A stretch of DNA of 64,000 bases from the human T2T-CHM13v2.0 reference genome, Homo sapiens. Shown piece by piece: positions 15,348 to 30,559 of this stretch (position 1 is its first letter; every line of letters begins with the position of its first letter). A program made the translations under genes and the position numbers. Location of the stretch: assembly GCF_009914755.1 (NCBI RefSeq), contig NC_060933.1; one strand, written 5' to 3'. The notes under the pieces were generated by a model. It had not been told where the DNA came from, ran no database searches, and saw only the letters and a program-made list of their open reading frames with translations.

Positions 15348-16261
15348 TTCTACTAATATCTCACTGAGGCTAGTGCTCTATACAACATAATTTTTAAAAC
15401 ACTGGTTTTATCCATCTTTTTGTTCAGCTGCAGCAACACTTACAAAGGTCAACTTTGATCATGTGTCTTCGTTACTAAAAGAAACAAAACAAACTAATGA
15501 ATAAAGCCCACCTGGCAGTGACTCCTCACTACCTGTATGATGGAGCCCACCTGGCTTGGCCTGGGTGCCCTGTGCTGACCTGGCCATGCTGTCTTCTGCC
15601 TGCTGCTTTGCCTCCCCTTTCCTCCTGGAGAAGGTAGAGATGCTCTGAGCTTTGGCTCGTCTGGAACATGTGTCCTTCCCCTCATGTGGCCCATGTTTTC
15701 CTGAGTCCACTTTAATCTCGTTTAAGGGTATAGAACTTTCCTTAAAGCTTTTGGTCAGGTCTCACTCTCTATGCTGTCTTCCTGCCACTTCTACAATGTA
15801 CATACTTTACTGATACATTAATTATGCTATACCAGCCCAGGTTTTTACTTCTATATCATTTTATATCATCATCTTTTTTTCTTAGAGCTTAGTTCACTTA
15901 TTTATTCAGTCTTTCCACAATATAATTGTATGTCATATAATTTCATATTGATTTTCATTGGTGTTTATATATCTTTTCTGCAAAAATGGAGGCTTTCTAA
16001 ATAGATCTTCATTAATGTTGAAAGAACAAGGTTTTAAGTCTTGGTCTCAGCCAAAAGGAGTTCCCCGCATTACCAGGAGGGAAAGAAACACTTGAATTGT
16101 TGCATTAGATATTCTTACAGAGAAAGAGAACCAAGTGTAATGGAAAATTGCTAACTTGGCCTCAGGGAGTCCAGGTTGATTCACTGAGAAAGTTTGAATT
16201 GGTTTAGAAAACATAGTTCTGAGTTTTCTAGAAGAACAAAATTTAGAGTAGGGCATAAGAA

Positions 16262-18525
16262 GTAATGCCCATATCAAAAAATTAGAAATATCTCAAATTA
16301 ACAACCTAACATCACAACTGAAAGAATTAGAGAAGCAAGGAGAACTCAACCACAAAGCTTATAGAAGACAAGAGATAACTAAAATCAGAGCTGAATTGAA
16401 AGAAATTGAGACATGAAAAACTGTTCAAAAGATCACTTAATCAAGGTTTTTTGAAAAAATTACTAAGATAGGGCACTAGCTAGATTAATAAAGAAGATGA
16501 GAGAAGATTCAAATAAAGAAAATTAGAAATGATGAAGGGAATGTTACCACTGACCCCAGAGAAAAAAAAATAACAACCAGTAACTACTACGAGCACCTCT
16601 ATACACACAAACTAGAAACCCTAGAAGAGATTAATAAATTCCTGGACACATATACTCTCTCAAGACTGAACCAGGAAGAAATTCAGTCTCTGAGCAGGCC
16701 ACTTATGAGCTCCAAAAATTGAATCCGTAATAAATAGCCTACCAACCCCCCAAAAAGCCCAGGACCTGATAGATTAACAAATTTTAACAGATGTACAAAG
16801 AAGAGCCAGTACCAGTCCTACTGAAACTATTTCAAGAAATAGAGGAGGAGGGACTCTTCCCCAACTTGTTCTACGAGGCCAGAATCATCCTGATACCAAA
16901 GCCTGACAGTGACAAAACAAAAAAAGAAAACTTCAGGCCAGTATCCTTGATGAACATCCATTCAATGATCCACAACAAAATACTTGCAAACTGAATCTAG
17001 CAACACATCAAAAGGCTAATTCACCATAGTGAAATAAGCTTCTTCCCTGGAATGGAAGGGTGGTCCATCATGGGCAAATCAATAAAATGTGATTCATAAC
17101 ATAAATAAAACTAAAGATAATAACCACGTGATTGTCTCAACAGATGCAGAAAAGACTTTCAGTAAAATTCAACAAAGCTTCATGTTAAAAATTCTCAATA
17201 AATGAGGTATCAAAGGAACATACCTCAAAATAATAAAGGCCACCTATGACAAACTCACAGCCAACATTATACTAAATGGGCAAAATCTGGAAGCATCCTC
17301 CTTGAAACCCACACAAGACAAGGATGCCCTCTCTCACCACTCCTATTCAACATAGTATTAGAAGTCCTTTCTGGAGCAATCAGACAAGAGAAAGAAATAA
17401 AGCATATTTAAATAGAAAGAGAAGTCCAACTACCTCTGTTTGCAGACAACATAATTCTGTATCTAAACCCTATAGTTGTGACCCAAAACTCCTTAAGCTG
17501 ATAAACAACTTCCACAAAGTTTCAGGACACAAAATCAATGTACGAAATTTGCTAGCATTCCTATACACCAAGAAGAGCCAAACTAAGAGCCAAATCAGAG
17601 AGGCAATTTTATTCACAATTTCCACAAAAAGAATAAAGTACATACAAATACAGCTAACCAGGGAGGTGAAAAATCTCTACAATGAAAATTACAAAACACT
17701 GCTCAAAGAAGTCAGAGAAGACACAAATAAATGAAAAATCATTCCATCTTAATGGAGAGAAAGAATTAATATCATTTAAATGGTTGTACTGTCCAAAGCT
17801 ATTCCTATTAAACTACCAATGACATGCTTCACAGAAGTAGAAAAAAGCTATTTAAAAATTCATATAGAACCAAGAAAGAACCTAAGTAGCCAAGGCAATC
17901 CTAAGCAAAAAGAACAAAGCTTGAGGCATCACATTACCCGACTTCAAACTAACCTACAGCACCATAGTAACCAAAACAGCATGGTACTAGTACAAAAACA
18001 GACACATACACCAGTGGAACAGAATAGAGAGGTTAGAAGTAAGACCACATACCTACAACTAGGTAATCTTTCACAAAGCTGGCAAAAACAATCAATGGGG
18101 AAAAGATTCCCTATTCAATAAATGGTGCTGGGATAACTGGCTAGCCATATGCAGAAGATTGAAGTTGGACTTCTTCCTTATACCATATACAAAAATCAAC
18201 TCAAGGTGGATTAAATACTTAAATGTAAAACCCAAAACTATAAAAGCTCTGGAAGACAACCTAGACAATACCATCCTGGACATAGAAAGAGGCAAAGATT
18301 TCATGATAAAGACACCAAAAACAACAAATACAACTATTGACAAGTGGGATCTAATTAAACTTAAAAGCTTCTGCTCAGCAAAAGAAATTATCAATAGAGT
18401 GAACAACCTATAGAATGAGGAAAAAATATTTACAAACTATGTATCTGACAAAGATCTAATATTCAATATGAGGAACTTAAATTTACAAGAGAAAAACAAA
18501 AAACCCTATTAAAAAGTGGCCAAAG
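16262..18525 (+). mobile_element. L1PA/PB ORF2 internal fragment
   Basis: ORFs 16791-16994 ([36 protein letters not shown]) and 18159-18413 ([24 protein letters not shown]); many stops. Confidence 0.92.
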
Positions 18526-20385
18526 CCCTGACTTCTGAATAGCACTTCTGGACCCAGCCAGGGACTGAGGGATCTCACTGCCCTAAAGGAAAGAACACAG
18601 GCCTGTCTGGCTTTGCCACCTGCTAATTGTAGAGACCAAAGGCCTTGAGTGAACATAGGGAGTCGTCAGAAATTGCATGCAGCAGGACTTGAGCAAGACC
18701 TGTGCTGTGCTAGCTTCAGGTCTGATCCAGGGCAGTCATAGTGGTGGTGGCCAGAGGTGCTTGTGTCTTTCTTCTCCCAGCTTTAGGTGGCTTAGAACAG
18801 AGAGAAAGACTCTGTATCTTTGAGAGAAAATAAGGGTAGGGAAAGAGTCTGTGGCTAGTAATCCAGAAAATTCTCCTGGATCTTGTTGAAGGCTGTCAAG
18901 GTGGTACTTCTCTGAGTCTGGAAGAATTACAGCATTATTGGGTATATGGTGCCCCATAAAGCAGATATGGCTTAGATCACAACACCCAACTCTTTTCAAA
19001 TATGTGAAAAGCCTTCCCAAGAAAGACAGCTACAAATAATCCCAGACAGTGAAGACTACAATAAATACTCACCTTTTCTCTCTTTAAATTTTATTTTTTA
19101 AACTTCTCATATGGTGCTGCATGCCCAAGATTTTAATGTCCAGACACTGAAGAACATCTACTAGCATCAACACCATCCAGGAAAACATGACCTCACCAAG
19201 TGAACTAAATAAGGCACTGGGGATAAATCCTGGAGAAAAAGAGATATGTGATGTTTCAGACAGAGAATTCAAAATAGCTGTATTTAAAAAAAAAAAACTG
19301 AAAGAAATTTAAGATAACAAAGTAAGGAAATTCCAAATTTTATCAGCTAAACTCAACAAATAGATTGAAATAGTTACAGTAAATTAAGCAGAAATTCTGA
19401 GCTGAAAAATGCAATTGGCATGCTGAAGAATGCATCAGAGCCATGTAATAGCAGAATGGATCAAGCAGAAGAAATAGTGAGCTTGAAGACAGGCTCTTTG
19501 AAAATACACAGAAGAGACAAAAGAAAAAGAATAAAAACAACAAATCATGCTGACAGGATCTAGAAAATAGCCTCACAAAGACAGATCTAAGAGTTGTTTT
19601 AAAGAAGATGTAAAGAAAGAGGCAGGGGAGGATCTAGAAAATAGCCTCACAAAGACAGATCTAAGAGTTATTGGTTTTAAAGAAGATGTAGAGAAAGAGG
19701 CAGGGGTAGAAAAATTTATTCAAAGGGATAATAACAGAGAACTTTCCAAACCTAGAGAAAGACATCCATATCCAACTATAAAAATGTTATAGAACATTAA
19801 GCAGATTTAACCCAAAAAAGACTACTTCAAAGCATTCAATAGTCTTCCAAAAGTCAAAGATAAAAGTTCTTAAGGAAGAAAGAGAAAAGAAACAAATAAC
19901 CTACTGGGGAGCTCCAACATGTCTGGCAGCAGACTTTACAGTGGAAACTCTACTGGCCGGGAGAGAGAAGCAATAAATATTTAAAGTACTAAAGGAAAGA
20001 AACTTTTACCTTAGAATAGAATATACAGTGAAAATGTTCTTCAAAAAAAAAGAATACTGACTTTTTCAGACAAACAAAAGCTGAAGTATTTTATGAATAC
20101 CATACCTGTCCTAAAGGAATGCTAAAGGGAGTACTTCAATCAGGAAGAAAAGGACATTAATGAGTAATAAATGATCACCTAAAGGTAAAAAAAAATCTCC
20201 TCACTGCTAATAGGATACAAAACAAAACAGAATATTATAACACTATAGCTGTGTGGTGTGCAAACTACTCTTATTTAAAGTAGGAATACTAAGTAATATC
20301 CAATCAAAAGTAATAGCTACAACAACATTTCAAGACATAGCACAATAAAATATAAATAGAAACAACAAAAAGTTAAAAAGTTAAG
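18526..20385 (+). mobile_element. L1M/L1MA-type 5'UTR-ORF1 fragment, same family as 5111-8145
   Basis: CATCCAGGAAAACATGACCTCACCAA and ORF1-like sequence; truncated at the 5S spacer junction. Confidence 0.85.
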
Positions 20386-20740
20386 GGATGAGCACGACCC
20401 GTCCTGAGCCGGCAGATGTGGTGGAAGCCCCGGAGCTCCGGAGCTCCCGGAAGGACTGGAGCGTGGGCGGAAAGGAGGCCGCCCCTAGAGCCGGAAGCCT
20501 GCGCAGGGGACAGAGGCCTCCGGCGGCGCCCCCCAGCAACAGCAGGGCGGTGCCACATTGGTCCTGAGCCAGGCCTGGCCGCCGGTGACGGCGGGACTCT
20601 CTGGGAGGCCGGCGGTCCTCGGGTGTAGAGGGAGACAGCTGCCCGGGGGCACGGGCGAGCGCCTCTGGGGGTCCTGGATCCGAGACCCGCGGCCCCGGGG
20701 TGAGGGTGACGCCTGGAGTCATGCGGGCTTGGCTGGGCCG

Positions 20741-20752
20741 GGCTCTTGGGGC
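20741..20752 (+). promoter_or_regulatory. 5S rDNA upstream D-box
   Basis: Exact GGCTCTTGGGGC at -32..-21 of the 5S start (20773); second copy with one mismatch at 23167-23178. Confidence 0.85.
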
Positions 20753-20772
20753 AGCCAGGCGCCGCTGCCGGC

Positions 20773-20893
20773 GTCTAGGCCACACCACCCTGAACGCGCC
20801 CGCTCGCCTCTGATCTGTTGAAGCTAAGCAGGGTCGGGACTGGTTAGTACTTGGATGGGATTCCGCCTGGTAATAGCGGTACCGTAGGCTTTT
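20773..20893 (+). pseudogene. RNA5SP: 5S rRNA pseudogene, near full length
   Basis: GTCTA-GGCCACACCACCCTGAACGCGCCCG...AAGCTAAGCAGGGTCGGGACTGGTTAGTACTTGGATGGGA...TAGGCTTTT; substitutions in box C and the 3' region. Confidence 0.95.
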
Positions 20894-21899
20894 GGCTTCC
20901 CGCTCCCTCCTTCTTTCCCCCTTTTGTCTCCGTGCTTCCCAACTGCCCCCCGCCTCTGCTCCCCGTTGACCGCCCCCGTGCCCCAGCCGAAGCCCAGGAC
21001 CTCCTCCTGAAGATCCGCCACTGCAGCACCGCCAGGCAGCAGCATCCCACCTCTTCCGACTCGCGGCAGCCCCACCCAACCCGGGCGGGACGGGACCGAC
21101 CCCGAGGGTGCAGGCGCGGGTTCCCTGAGGTCCCGGGTGTCTTCACGCTCCCCGGACTCCCAGGCAATTGTATTCATTCATTCAGCGTCACTGCAACCGT
21201 CCAAGCCGGTGGAAGGGGCGAGCAGGGGCAGCGGGTGCCACAGACCCCAGCCAAGACCTCCGCTCCAGAACCCGAGGGCTGCTTTCCCCAGAGGAAGGAC
21301 ATTTTCTTCGCCAGCCACGAGGAAATCCGTCCTTGTGCACCCTGTTTCCCAATGCCACCGACTTCGTGTAAACTCCAGTCCGGAGGACAGGAGAGAGACC
21401 CAGGCTTCGCCCCGTGGACAGGCTCGGCGCCACGGCTCCCGCCAGGCACACGAGCACACTCTACAAATCTCGGGGCCCACCGCATCAAGGAGACAGAAAG
21501 AAGCAAACAAAGGAAGGACCTTATGAAACGCACCCCCAAAGCAACCAACCAATCCAAGAAAAAAAACACGTCTCAGGGCTCCATTGGTTTTCCTGGGTGG
21601 GGGGCCCTGACCCCCTGTTCTAGCCCGGCCCAAGAACCCTCCACCCCACCCCGGCCTGCTGAAAGGTGCCCTGTCTACCTGAGCAGAGCCTCCCTCTCCA
21701 AGGCTCTGTCGGTGTCGCTCCACAACTCCCTCACCCTCTCCCTTTCTCTACTTCCCCCTCCACCTCGCGCTCTACTGTGGTGCTCTCTCTTCCCCCCTCT
21801 CTCTCTCCTCCCCCCTTTTCTGTCTCTCTCTCTCTCTCTATCGCTGTCTCTCTCTCTCCCTCTGGTTCTATTTCTCCATCCCTCTCTCCCTTGCTCTTC

Positions 21900-22356
21900 T
21901 GCAGCAGGAGGAGCTGCAGACAGAACCCCTCAGACACCGAGTTGTAGAAGGAAGGGCTTTATTCAGCTGGGAGCATCCGCAGACTCACGTCTCCAAAAAC
22001 CAAGCTCTCCGAGTGAGCAATTCCTGTCCCTCTTAAGGGCTTACAACTCTAAGGGGGTCCGCGTGAGAGGGTCTTGATGGATTGAGGAAGCAGAGGGTAC
22101 GTGACTGGGGGCTGCATGCACAGGTAATTAGATCAGAACAAAACAGGACAGGGATTTTCACAGTGCTTTTCTATACGTAATGTCTGTAATCTATAGATAA
22201 CATAACCGAGTAGGTCAGGGGTCGATCTTTAACTACCAGGCCCAGGGTGTGGCGCGGGGCTGTCTGCCTGTGGATTTCATTTCTGCCTTTTAGATTTTAC
22301 TTCTTCTTTCTTTGGAGGCAGAAATTGGGCATAAGACAATATGAGGGGAGGTCTCC
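21900..22356 (-). mobile_element. Solo LTR2 (HERV-E family) inserted in the 5S spacer
   Basis: Minus strand GGAGACCTCCCCTCATATTGTCTTATGCCCAATTTCTGCCTCCAAAG...GAATAAAGCCCTTCC...CCTGCTGCA; candidate TSD CTTC at 21896-21899 and 22357-22360; absent from unit 2. Confidence 0.88.
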
Positions 22357-23198
22357 CTTCAAGCTATCTGTGTCTGTGTCTTTGTGTGTCCGTGTGTGTG
22401 TGCCCGGGTGTGGTGTGTGTGTGTGTCTGCGCGCATGCACCCGTGTGTATCCGTGGGTGTGTCAGGGTGGGTTTGCTCGTGGTAGTGGTGGGGTGTGTCT
22501 GGGTGTCCGTCAGCCCCTCTTTCCCGGGATGAGGCTGCCGGGGCTCTAGTGCCAGGGCGGGGCAAAGCAGAGCCTTCTTGCCCCTTTGGCCATGGCGGGT
22601 CCTCCTCAGAACAAGCGACGATGGTGTGAGCATTGTGAGAAAAAGGGCCCGTGGGGCTGGGCCGGCTGTTCGCCCCTGGGCAGCCCTGGGGGCTCTGGGT
22701 GTGTGGGGCAAGAGGGGGCTTTGCAGGAGGGGCGGCGAGGAATCCAAAATAATTTTTCCGCGGCAAGGCGGAGTACCGGAGGGGACCCCAGGACCGTGGG
22801 CCCTGGGCCCTGACGCCTCGGAGCACACCCCGTCCTAAGCGGGCCCCAGGTGTTGGAAGCTCGGGAGCTCAAGAGCCTGGGGAAGGCCTGGAGTCCCAGC
22901 GAGAGGATGGCCGCCTGGAGAGTCCAGAGCCCTGGCAGGGGATGGAGGCCTCTGGCGCCTGGGCTGTCTGGCGCATGGTCTGGCCGCCGGCGACATCGGG
23001 ACGCTCTGGGAGGTCGGCGGAAAGCGCAGCGCGGCGATGGTGGTGCTTGGGCGTAGAGGGGGAGAGCAGCCCGGCCACAGGCAAGCGGCTCCGGGGTGCC
23101 TGATCCCAGCCTCGCGGCCCCCGGGTTGGTGGTGACGCCTGGAATCAGGCAGGCGTACCTGGACTGGGCTCTTGGGCCAGCCAGGCGCCACTGCCATT

Positions 23199-23216
23199 GT
23201 CTACGGCCATACCACC
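23199..23216 (+). pseudogene. RNA5SP: 5S rRNA 5' stub (first 18 nt); remainder deleted
   Basis: GTCTACGGCCATACCACC preceded by a D-box variant, then jumps to spacer matching ~21385 of unit 1. Confidence 0.85.
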
Positions 23217-23593
23217 TGGAAAACGAGAGAGACCCAAGCCGCGGCCCGTGGGCACGCTCAGCGCCACTGCTCCTGCCACAGTGAGGGGCGCACTCTACAA
23301 CTTTCAGGGCCCACAGCACCAAGAGGACAGGGAGGAGCCAACAAAGGAATGACGCTACGAAAAGCACCCCCAAAGCAACCAACAAATCCAAGTAAAAACA
23401 CGTCTCAGGGCTCCGTTGGTTTTCCCGCGTGGGCGGCCCTGCCCCCCTGTTCCAGCCCAGCCCAGGCACCCTCCACCCTACCCTGGCCAAAGGGGCCCCT
23501 GTCTACCAGATAGAGCCTCCCTCTCCAAGGCTCTGTTGCTCTCCCTCTCTAGCTCCCTCACCCTTTCCCTTTCTCTACTTCCCTCTCCACCTT

Positions 23594-23594
<1 letters not shown>

Positions 23595-23633
<39 letters not shown>
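23595..23633. repeat. (CT)n microsatellite in the 5S spacer
   Basis: Pure CT run. Confidence 0.95.
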
Positions 23634-23636
<3 letters not shown>

Positions 23637-23884
23637 CTCCCCAGTTCCTCTCTGTCTCTCTCTCCATCGCTGTTTCTCTCCTTCCGTTTCTATCTCTCAT
23701 CCCTCTGTCCCTTGCTCTCCTTCAAGTTGTCTGTGTCTTTGTGTGTCTGTGTGTGTGCTTGTGTTCCCGCGCGTGCGCCCGTGTGTGTCTGTGTGTTTGG
23801 GAGTGGGTTTGCTAGTGATTGTGGTGGGGTGTGTCTGGATGTCCATCAGTACCTTTGTCCCAGGATCAGGCTGCCAACTCTATC

Positions 23885-26092
23885 GCCAACGCCTGGGTGT
23901 CACAGTTGCCGTGATAGTCTCACACACGCAGGTGTGTTCATCTCATTCGTTTTCACGTAGACAACGAGAGCGAAACCACAGAGAAAAGAAACATCCTGTG
24001 CATCACGGCCTGATGATGGATTCCTGTTTCCTGCAAAATGGGGAGTCTCCAATATAGCCTGTTTGAAAACTGGAAAGGAGAGCACCGACACGATGCTGGT
24101 CTTCCACGCATTCCTGGAAGTTTCTGGGGCCCCACAGAGCTCGCGAAACAGTCAACATGGTCACGCTTTCGGGGGGCAGAAACTTGAGCAACAGGCACCT
24201 TTACAGAGGGCAAAGAAACATGGAATCCAGAATCACGCTTCAGTTGGCCTGAGTGTGACTCCTGTGTGGATGGGACTATCCGCCTCGAGCTCTGTTGCAG
24301 GGCTCGACGTGGGGATATGTCATCTGTGAACCATGTGGATGAAAAACAGACAACTACCTGAGTCTCGGCTCATTGCTCTCTGGGGAATTCGCTCATTCCT
24401 TCGGAAACGGAATTGGTCTGAATTGCTCCGGGATGAAGTAACCCAGGCTGGTGATCCAGAGGGCCGCTGAGCGCCCCGCCGGCCAACGGGGCTGTGGGCC
24501 CAGCACTCAGCCTGTACTAGGCACCCAACATTTTCCCGGAGTTCTGGGTCCTGTTGGTTCTGGAGGCATAAGACCGTTTTTGTCTCTGCCTTCCGTTCTC
24601 TGCTTCTTGCTCCTTTTGTCCCTTGGTCCATCCTTCCATCTGTTCTTCCCTCCCTCCCCTGGCTTTTTCCTCCCTTTCTCCCTCCCTCCCTCTTTCTCTC
24701 CCTTCCGGGGTCCCTCCTTCCACCCATCCTTGCCTAGCTCCATCCTTCCATCTCACTCTGTCTCCGTTCCTGTCCTCATCTCTGCCTGCCTTCCCTCTTG
24801 CCTGGAAAGGGCAGCACCCTGGTTTGCGCGAGGTCTGGGGTCTTTATTTAGTTGCAAGGCGCTCTATGGTGCTGGCGAGGAGGCTGGCGGGACACGGGTT
24901 GGCAACTGATGGTGAGCGAAGAGGCGGAGGAGTCGAGCCGCAGAAAGGAGAACTGGCCTGGCTTCTGCCCCGGCCCAGTGTTTCGCGGACTGAGGTCTCC
25001 GCCAACCCGATTGAAGAACGCGGGGGTAAAAGGGATGAGAGCTCCGCCTGGGCTAGTTAGAAAACTAGGCTGCTGCCTGGAAACCCGCGCATGCGCAGTA
25101 GACAGCCTACCTCCCTGTACCTGGACCAGCCCTGGGATCCCCGGGATGCTCAGGAATGCTTTCTTGTCATTGTTGACAGCCCTCCTCTGTGTGGAGTCTC
25201 TCGCTGGACCTGGAACTCAGGGATCCTAGGCAGGTCAGCTGGAAGGGAAGACACGCCTCTCCACACCAAGCCTGAGGTTCACCGTGAAAGAGAGGCCGCC
25301 GCCCTGCCCCCACCCTGCCCCAAACCCGCCCCAACCTGCTCCTCCAGGAGAGCCCTGTGTTCTTCCTGGCTGAGGAGTGGTTCTAGCAAAGCGGGCTCTT
25401 CCACGTCCTTCAGCTCCCCCAGTGGCGCCGGATCTAGCAAAGGTTGTGCCTTTTGCTGAAACTCTGGGGTTGACAGGAGCTCATCTAACAGGCTGGAGGT
25501 GAGTGCAGACGAGAGCCCCGGCTCCTGGAGCGGTTGGGAGGTGCCCGGTTGGCTGGCATCTGTGCTTGACGCGGAGGCCTCCGGGGTCACGAGCTCCGGA
25601 GGTGAAGGTGCCCCGTCTTCGGGTTCCCATGCCGCCCTGGCGACCTGGGGCTCCAGCCCCACCACGGACTCCGGTGGGACGTGGGTGGCGCAAGCACACC
25701 TTTCCCCTGTGACTCAGCTTGAGGGGCCCCAAGCTGTCCCACTGAGCACGCGCCCAGCAGGCCATCGCGCTGCGGGTTCTGGTCTTCCTGTCATTTGTTG
25801 GGGTTCGGAGGACACCAGGGAGTCTGAGGATGGGAGAGCCCCAGTTTCGGAGGGGCCAGGGCAGTGAACACAAAGCCCCGCATGCCCGGGCAGGTTGGGA
25901 GAGTCCTTCTGCCTGCGCAGCCTGGCTGGGCTGGAGCAGGGGGATGGCCCTTGCTGCCTGGCTCACGAAAGCCCCCTGTGGGAGAGCCCCAGGAGCGCAG
26001 GGCATGTGGGGTGCAGGAAGCGACTTTCCCCACGCCCCGGTGTAGGTGAACTCGATAGAGGAGGGAGGAGGGTGACACCCACCAGGGGTGCT
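23885..26092 (-). repeat. Inverted, diverged D4Z4 macrosatellite fragment spanning a unit-unit junction
   Basis: Minus strand has GGTCCAGGTACA (degenerate KpnI boundary, ~25120), CTACTGCGCATGCGCGGGTTT, a GGAGGG-rich tract (24600-24800) and GGAATCCATCATCAGGCC..CACACCTGCGTGTG. Confidence 0.88.
25279..26092 (-). pseudogene. DUX4: DUX4-like pseudogene, 3' half only (no homeoboxes)
   Basis: Translations [68 protein letters not shown] match the DUX4 middle and C-terminus; at least two frameshifts and a TGA at 25791-25793. Confidence 0.95.
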
Positions 26093-28070
<1,978 letters not shown>

Positions 28071-28377
28071 GTTTTTGGTTGTTCTTTGTTTTGAGATGGG
28101 GTTTCGCTCTGTCGCCTAGGCCAGAGTGCAGTGGCATGATCATAGCTCACTGCAGCCTCAAACTGCTGGGTCAAGTGATTTTTCTACCACAGCCTCCTGA
28201 GTAGCTGGGACTACAGGCATGCAGCACTATGCCTGGCTATGTTTTTTTAATACTTTTTTTGTAGAGACGGGATCTCACTATGTTGCCCACCTGGTCTTGA
28301 ATTCTGGGGCTCAGGCAATCCAGCCACTTCAGCCTCCCAAAATGCAGCCATTACAGGCTTGAGCAACTGCACCCAGC
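28071..28377 (-). mobile_element. AluJ-like
   Basis: GATCATAGCTCACTGCAGCCTC, GGGCTCAGGCAATCC. Confidence 0.9.
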
Positions 28378-28403
28378 TCGTCTGCAGTTCTTAAAACAAA
28401 CAC

Positions 28404-30230
<1,827 letters not shown>

Positions 30231-30559
30231 TACTGCTATTATTAATAGCATTATGATTACTTGGTCTTCCCACGCACCAGTCCTCTTCTGGTGCCCTGTG
30301 GTGAAGCAGAGCCCTCCCTCTCTGGCCACAGTGAGGGATCCAGCAGGAACCTGTGCCTAAACCCACAGAGGGTGTGAGCCAAGCCAGGACATCACATTCC
30401 CTCCTGCGAAATGATGCAGATACCCACTCACGACAGAGATTTGGTCCCTCTCTGGAAAAGCTGTGTAACAATTATTGCAGAAACTTGTTTCTTATGTTCC
30501 CAGACACATGGAGAAAGCTGGTCTGGAAGACCGATGTCCACATGCTAAGAGAAGCAGTC

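Larger units (their letters stand above)
20389..23884 (+). repeat. Two degenerate tandem 5S rDNA repeat units with GC-rich spacer, (CT)n and (GT)n tracts
   Basis: Spacer at 20389 (GAGCACGACCCGTCCTGAGC) recurs at ~22821; GCACCCCCAAAGCAACCAAC..AATCCAAG and the CT/GT tracts occur in both units; period ~2.43 kb. Confidence 0.9.
20389..26092. other. CpG-island-like GC-rich block
   Basis: Abrupt rise in GC and CpG content relative to the AT-rich flanks. Confidence 0.85.

Noticed and set aside
20373-25229. Many overlapping ORFs, including a 408-aa ORF at 20851-22077
   Set aside because: GC-rich 5S spacer, LTR2 and D4Z4 sequence; they run through microsatellites and show no domain similarity
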